DNA from: the human T2T-CHM13v2.0 reference genome, Homo sapiens
DNA length: 64,000 nt
Assembly (NCBI RefSeq): GCF_009914755.1
Contig: NC_060929.1
Direction: 5' to 3' (one strand)
Below are positions 50,690 through 64,000 of this stretch, one piece after another (position 1 is the first letter of the stretch; every line of letters starts with the position of its first letter). The translations under genes and the position numbers were made by a program. The notes below the pieces were generated by a model. The model worked only from the letters and a program-made list of their open reading frames with translations. It was not told the DNA's origin and ran no database searches.

Positions 50690-51500
50690 GGAAAATTGAC
50701 GTTCTATTCCTCCGGATCCTGCTCGAGAAGCTGGGGGACTCGGGTCCGGTGCCGAGGTGTGGCCCGAGCCTGGCACCACCCACGCCGGCCGGGTGACCCC
50801 GGCCCCTTGGGGCTCCCGCGCTCCGTCAGCAGGCGACGCTGGGAGGCTGGGGTAGGCCCAGAGCGAGGACGGGCCCGGACTGGGTAGTGGGGATGTACCA
50901 GGGCCGGGTGCGGCGGGAGACGGCCCGGGAGGCGGAAGGTCGCGGACCTGCCCGACAGAAGAGTAGATGAGGGGAGACCGAGGACGCCCGGGTCCGGGGA
51001 GCTTACGAGGAGGCCAGGATCGCGGGGTAAGGAATCCGCGGGCAGTTACCTCCGCCAGGGGCAGGGTCCGGCCAGTCAGGCGCGAGAAGGCTAGGCGAGG
51101 CCGACTGCGCGGGGTGAAGACGCCAGGCCGACAGCTGCGGGCCCTACCGCCAGCCCTGACGCGAGCCTGCGTCCTGGCGACGGCGGAGGGCGGGCAGGGG
51201 GCGCGGGCGCTGCCACGGCGCCTGCTCAGAACCGGCCGGGAACGCCGCGGGCGGGTCTCCCCGGTCCTCCGCCCCTCCAGCCCTGCTCTCAGGCCTCCGC
51301 CCGGGCCCTCTAAGCTGCCAGCCGCGCCCGCCTCCGGGCTCCTCGCCCCTCCTCCCGCGCGCTCCCCTCCTCAGCGGCCGCCGGACCCCCTCAGTTCACT
51401 TCTCCCAGTTAACGCGTTCCTCGGACGCTGCTAGTTTGAGCGCACAGGCATTGGGCGGGGCTCACGGGGGAGCCGCTTAATAACCGACCAACATGAAACT
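50690..51500. promoter_or_regulatory. CpG island promoter of CPLANE1, probably bidirectional
   Basis: Very high GC and CpG density, GC boxes, located 1.2-2 kb upstream of the ATG exon. Confidence 0.92.
51050..51230 (-). other. CPLANE1: CPLANE1 non-coding exon 1 (5' end uncertain)
   Basis: Donor GAG|GTAACT at 51050/51049 within the island; the TSS cannot be fixed from sequence alone. Confidence 0.7.
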
Positions 51501-52694
51501 CAAGGGCTGCCCCTTCCTAGCGGGGACCCTGCACAGACCCGAAAATAAGGGGTTTTGCTCTGCCCTCCTCAGTTCACGTGGGCACCTTGGAACACTGAAG
51601 AAGGCATTTTCCGAACTCACTGTCCTACGGACTTATTCTCCGCACTGTTTTCGCCTCCTTCGCCCTGTTCTCGTGACTGACAGGAGCAGGGGTCACAAGC
51701 AGGCAGCCCGAGAGCTCTGCTCACCTGGAAAAGCATTTTTGTGTAGCTTAAATGTGAAGGCCTCAGGCAGTGGCCTGTTGTCCTCCTCCACATGCGCCCA
51801 TCTTCACTCTTTCATGTGACTGGCCTGTTTTTGAAGGCAGGACCCTGTCACCCTTGGCTAGGCCAGGTATGTTCTGCACCGAAAATGGCCCTGCCCTCTG
51901 CATTGGATGGCTAGCTCTTAGGTTGGTTTATTTTAGCAAATAAGCGTTACAGGGTAGGCGAACTGGCTGCATCAGAACCACAATTACCCCTGTGTCTCTG
52001 GGTGGGATAAATGGCGGATGGCATTCTGGCAGCTCAGCCCCACTTATCTCAGAGGTTATAGATCTGAGGTGGTTTAGATCCACCCCCAAATCACGAACAT
52101 TTTACATAAGCCGTGCTAGAGTTAGCATAAAAGTCTCACAGAAAAATTTGGAAACTGAGAAATCCTAACCTATTCCCACAATCCTGTGTTCCCATTTTTA
52201 GGTCTTAAGATATGAAGACAATGGGATAACTGAGGCTGATTTTGCTGTGTGGCCATTAGACCTAGAAATATTGGTGTGATTCTGGAGTTGATTGCTCCAC
52301 ACGTTTATTTATTTATTTTCCTTTTTTTCCCTCCTCTTCCTCCTCCTCTATTCTTTAAAAACGTATGGAAATGTATCCGGCAATGTTTACTGTAAAAAAT
52401 AATGTATGGAAATGACTACAATTTGCTAAAATAAAAATCATTGAGCACTTATGTGTGTCAGACACTATGCTAGGTATAAAGAGGGGAAGATGGTGTCCCT
52501 ATTCAAAAGAGAGTCACACACACTTAAGTTACAGTGCAGTCATAAATACCATGATCGCAGTATGCACAGGTCCATTTTCTCTATCTGGGTGATGGGAAGG
52601 TTCAAAACTAAGCTAGGTTTTGAATGAGGAATAGTTTCATTTTGAAGCACATCCATTTTGCGATGCCTCTGGAGCTATCTAGTGAACAATTTAG

Positions 52695-53073
<379 letters not shown>

Positions 53074-53891
53074 TGATTCACCCACCTCGGTCTCCCAAAG
53101 TGCCGGGATTACAGGTGTGAGCCACCGTGGCCTGCCAGCATACCAATTCTTATGAGAGAATGTCAGGGGTAGAAGAGATCCAAGGAAATGGTTGACCAGG
53201 TAAAAAACTGATAAAGGTCAAATAGAAATAAGCCTGAGAATTGCCCCATCAGATTTGGTTTAGTGTTTAGTAGGTATAGTTATAGTGCCAGATATATAAT
53301 AACTGAGTTCCTTTTGAAAGCATATAGTAAAATCAAATCTGATTAGCCTAAGTAACAGAGGTGATTTATTGTAATGATTCTGGGGTATCTGACAGATTGT
53401 AGATATTCTCTCTAGGGTGCTCCTATCCAATATAAATTTCTGTAATGATGAAAATGTTCTATGTCTGCTGTGTCTTAATATGGTAACCATTAGCCAAAAG
53501 TGCTACTGAGCATATGAAATGTAGCTAGTGCAACTGAGACCCTGTAAACTAAGATTCCAGTCAAAGAGAAGGGAAAAAACAGTGAGCTTTGCCCACAGTC
53601 TTTAAGACCTGTGCCCAGAAATAGTACATAATATTTCTGCTTACATTCCACTGGAAATAACTTAGTCACATGATCACACCTAACTGCAAGGAAGCCTGGG
53701 AAATGTAGATTAGCAGTGTACCCAGAAAGACTGAGAAAATGGTTTTGGTGAACAACTAGCAGTGGTCAGAATACAAAAAGTAATAATACAGATTTCCTGC
53801 TTTCAAGAATATCACAGGTTTAGTGGGAGACAGATGAGTATTTTACTAGCAATGAATAAAGAACATGCTATACAAACCCAAAGAAAACAGT

Positions 53892-54433
<542 letters not shown>

Positions 54434-54453
54434 ATGGTATTTCTCAAATCTTA

Positions 54454-54618
<165 letters not shown>

Positions 54619-55225
54619 TCAAAATACAAAAATTAGCTGAGTGTGGTGGCACACACCTGTAATTCCAACTGATCGTCTCATTGATGCAGAGGTTCGGCAG
54701 GTTTCCTACAAGTTTGATTGGGCAGGACCCTTGTTCAATTTTTCTTTAATTCTCTTCACTCTGCCCTTTGTCTTCAGGCTGGCTTCCTTTGTGGTAAGTG
54801 AGATGATGGCAAATTTACACATCTTACAAAGAAAATATAGTTTTGTTTTTTTTTTCTAAAATTGAACATCCTTTATGAGCCTCTACCCCAGTATATAGAA
54901 GGGAAAGTCTTTATGTTGACAAATAATGGTACTTCCTTTTTTTTTTTTTTTTTTTGGTACCTAAGTCTCTTTCTTATCAATGTTCTATCTTGCAGATTTT
55001 CTTTCTCTCATTCTAATCAACCTACAAAGTGGATCAATGGTGATAGTGGGCTGGGCGCAGTGGCTCACACCTGTAATCCCAGCACTTTGGGAGGCCGAGG
55101 TGGGCAGATTACTTGAGGTCAGGAGTTTGAGACCAGCCTGGCCAATATGATGAAACCCCCATCTCTACTAAAAATACAAAAATTAGCCAGGCGTGGTGGC
55201 ACACACCTGTAATCCCATCTACTCA

Positions 55226-55529
<304 letters not shown>

Positions 55530-55671
55530 TTATATGCCCTTATGGTATAGGGGAAGAGAGTGCTTGTAATTAACCTTTGGTTATAAATATATAAGTATAT
55601 ATTTACATAATTATAAATATATAATCTATATTCTTATTTGGTGTGTTCAGGTTACTGTAACAAAATACCAT

Positions 55672-56393
55672 TGTGAAAGTTGTCATAGTCTGACCGGGCG
55701 TGGTGGCTCACACCTGTAATCCCAGCACTTTGGGAGGCCGAGGCGGGTAGATCACTTGAGGTCAGGAGTTCAGGACCAGCGTGGCCAACATGGTGAAACC
55801 CCATCTGTACTAAAAATACAAAAATTAGCCTGGCATGGTGGTAGGCGCCTGTAATCCCAGATACTAAGGAGGGTGAGTCAGGAGAATTGCCTGAACCCAG
55901 GGAACGGAGGTTGCAGTGAGCTGGGATCATGCCACTGCACTCCAGCCTGGGTGACAAAGCAAGAGTCCATCTCAAAAAAAAAAAAAGGAAGAAAGTTGTC
56001 TTAGTCAAAATAGAGTCACTAATGTTAAGAAAACCCTGACAAACAGAGCTGAGGAGGACCATGAAGAGAGGGTTCTCACATTTACATGCTGGTAACAAGA
56101 AAAACTCTGCAACCTCACACAAAGGCCATTGCAATCATTAACAAAAAATGCTTCCGAAAGGACATCTGCCCAGCAACTGCCCGTTCAACTTCAGACTGGT
56201 GTCACCCTTGTTGTTGATCTTTGTAGCGAAGTATAATTATTTCAAAACAATTATGTAATTCTCATTTTTTTCCTTCAGAAACCATACACACATAGTTTAC
56301 TGTGGCATGCGTATTTCCATTGCAGTGCTGTATTTTCAAATAAACATCATTTTCTTTTGGAAAGTCTCTCTCTGTTTGCTGTTTAGATTGACA
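55672..56393 (+). mobile_element. ERV1 (MER4-group, MER72-like) 5' LTR, split by an Alu near its start
   Basis: TG...CA ends; Alu TSD GAAAGTTGTC(A/T)TAGTC; AATAAA near 56339; followed directly by a primer binding site. Confidence 0.75.
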
Positions 56394-56397
56394 TACG

Positions 56398-63570
<7,173 letters not shown>

Positions 63571-63722
63571 TTTATTTTTACTTTATTTTATTATTATTAT
63601 TATTATTATTTTGGAGATGGAGTCTCACTCTGTTATCTAGGCTGGTGTGCAGTGGCACCATCTCGGCTCACTACCATCTCTGCCTCCTGGGTTCAAGTGA
63701 TTATCCCGACTCAGCTTCCTGA

Positions 63723-63998
<276 letters not shown>

Positions 63999-64000
63999 GC

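Noticed and set aside
50333-51434. 148-aa and 155-aa ORFs over the CpG island
   Set aside because: Expected stop-codon depletion in GC-rich DNA; low-complexity R/P/G peptides, one running into an Alu

Overview
Primate (most likely human chr5p13) genomic DNA. It holds the 5' part of the ciliopathy gene CPLANE1 (C5orf42/JBTS17) on the minus strand: a CpG-island promoter with non-coding exon 1 near 51.1 kb, and coding exons 2-20 (c.1-3672, 1224 codons). All exons have GT-AG boundaries and continuous phase. The introns and upstream flank are dense in Alu, L1, L2, LTR and DNA-transposon relics. The standout feature is a full-length processed copy of the X-linked ciliopathy gene OFD1 (likely the locus annotated as pseudogene OFD1P17), inserted antisense in CPLANE1 intron 16. 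It keeps an uninterrupted 1005-codon ORF, only in-frame indels relative to OFD1 as I recall it, and a CpG-rich 5' end with an NRF1-type motif. It is therefore a candidate functional X-to-autosome retrogene nested in a gene of the same disease pathway. Also notable: a non-Alu 131-bp inverted duplication near exon 15, a 7SL retrocopy, and a divergent small ORF at the promoter. Comparisons with reference proteins and repeat families are from memory and need alignment to confirm.
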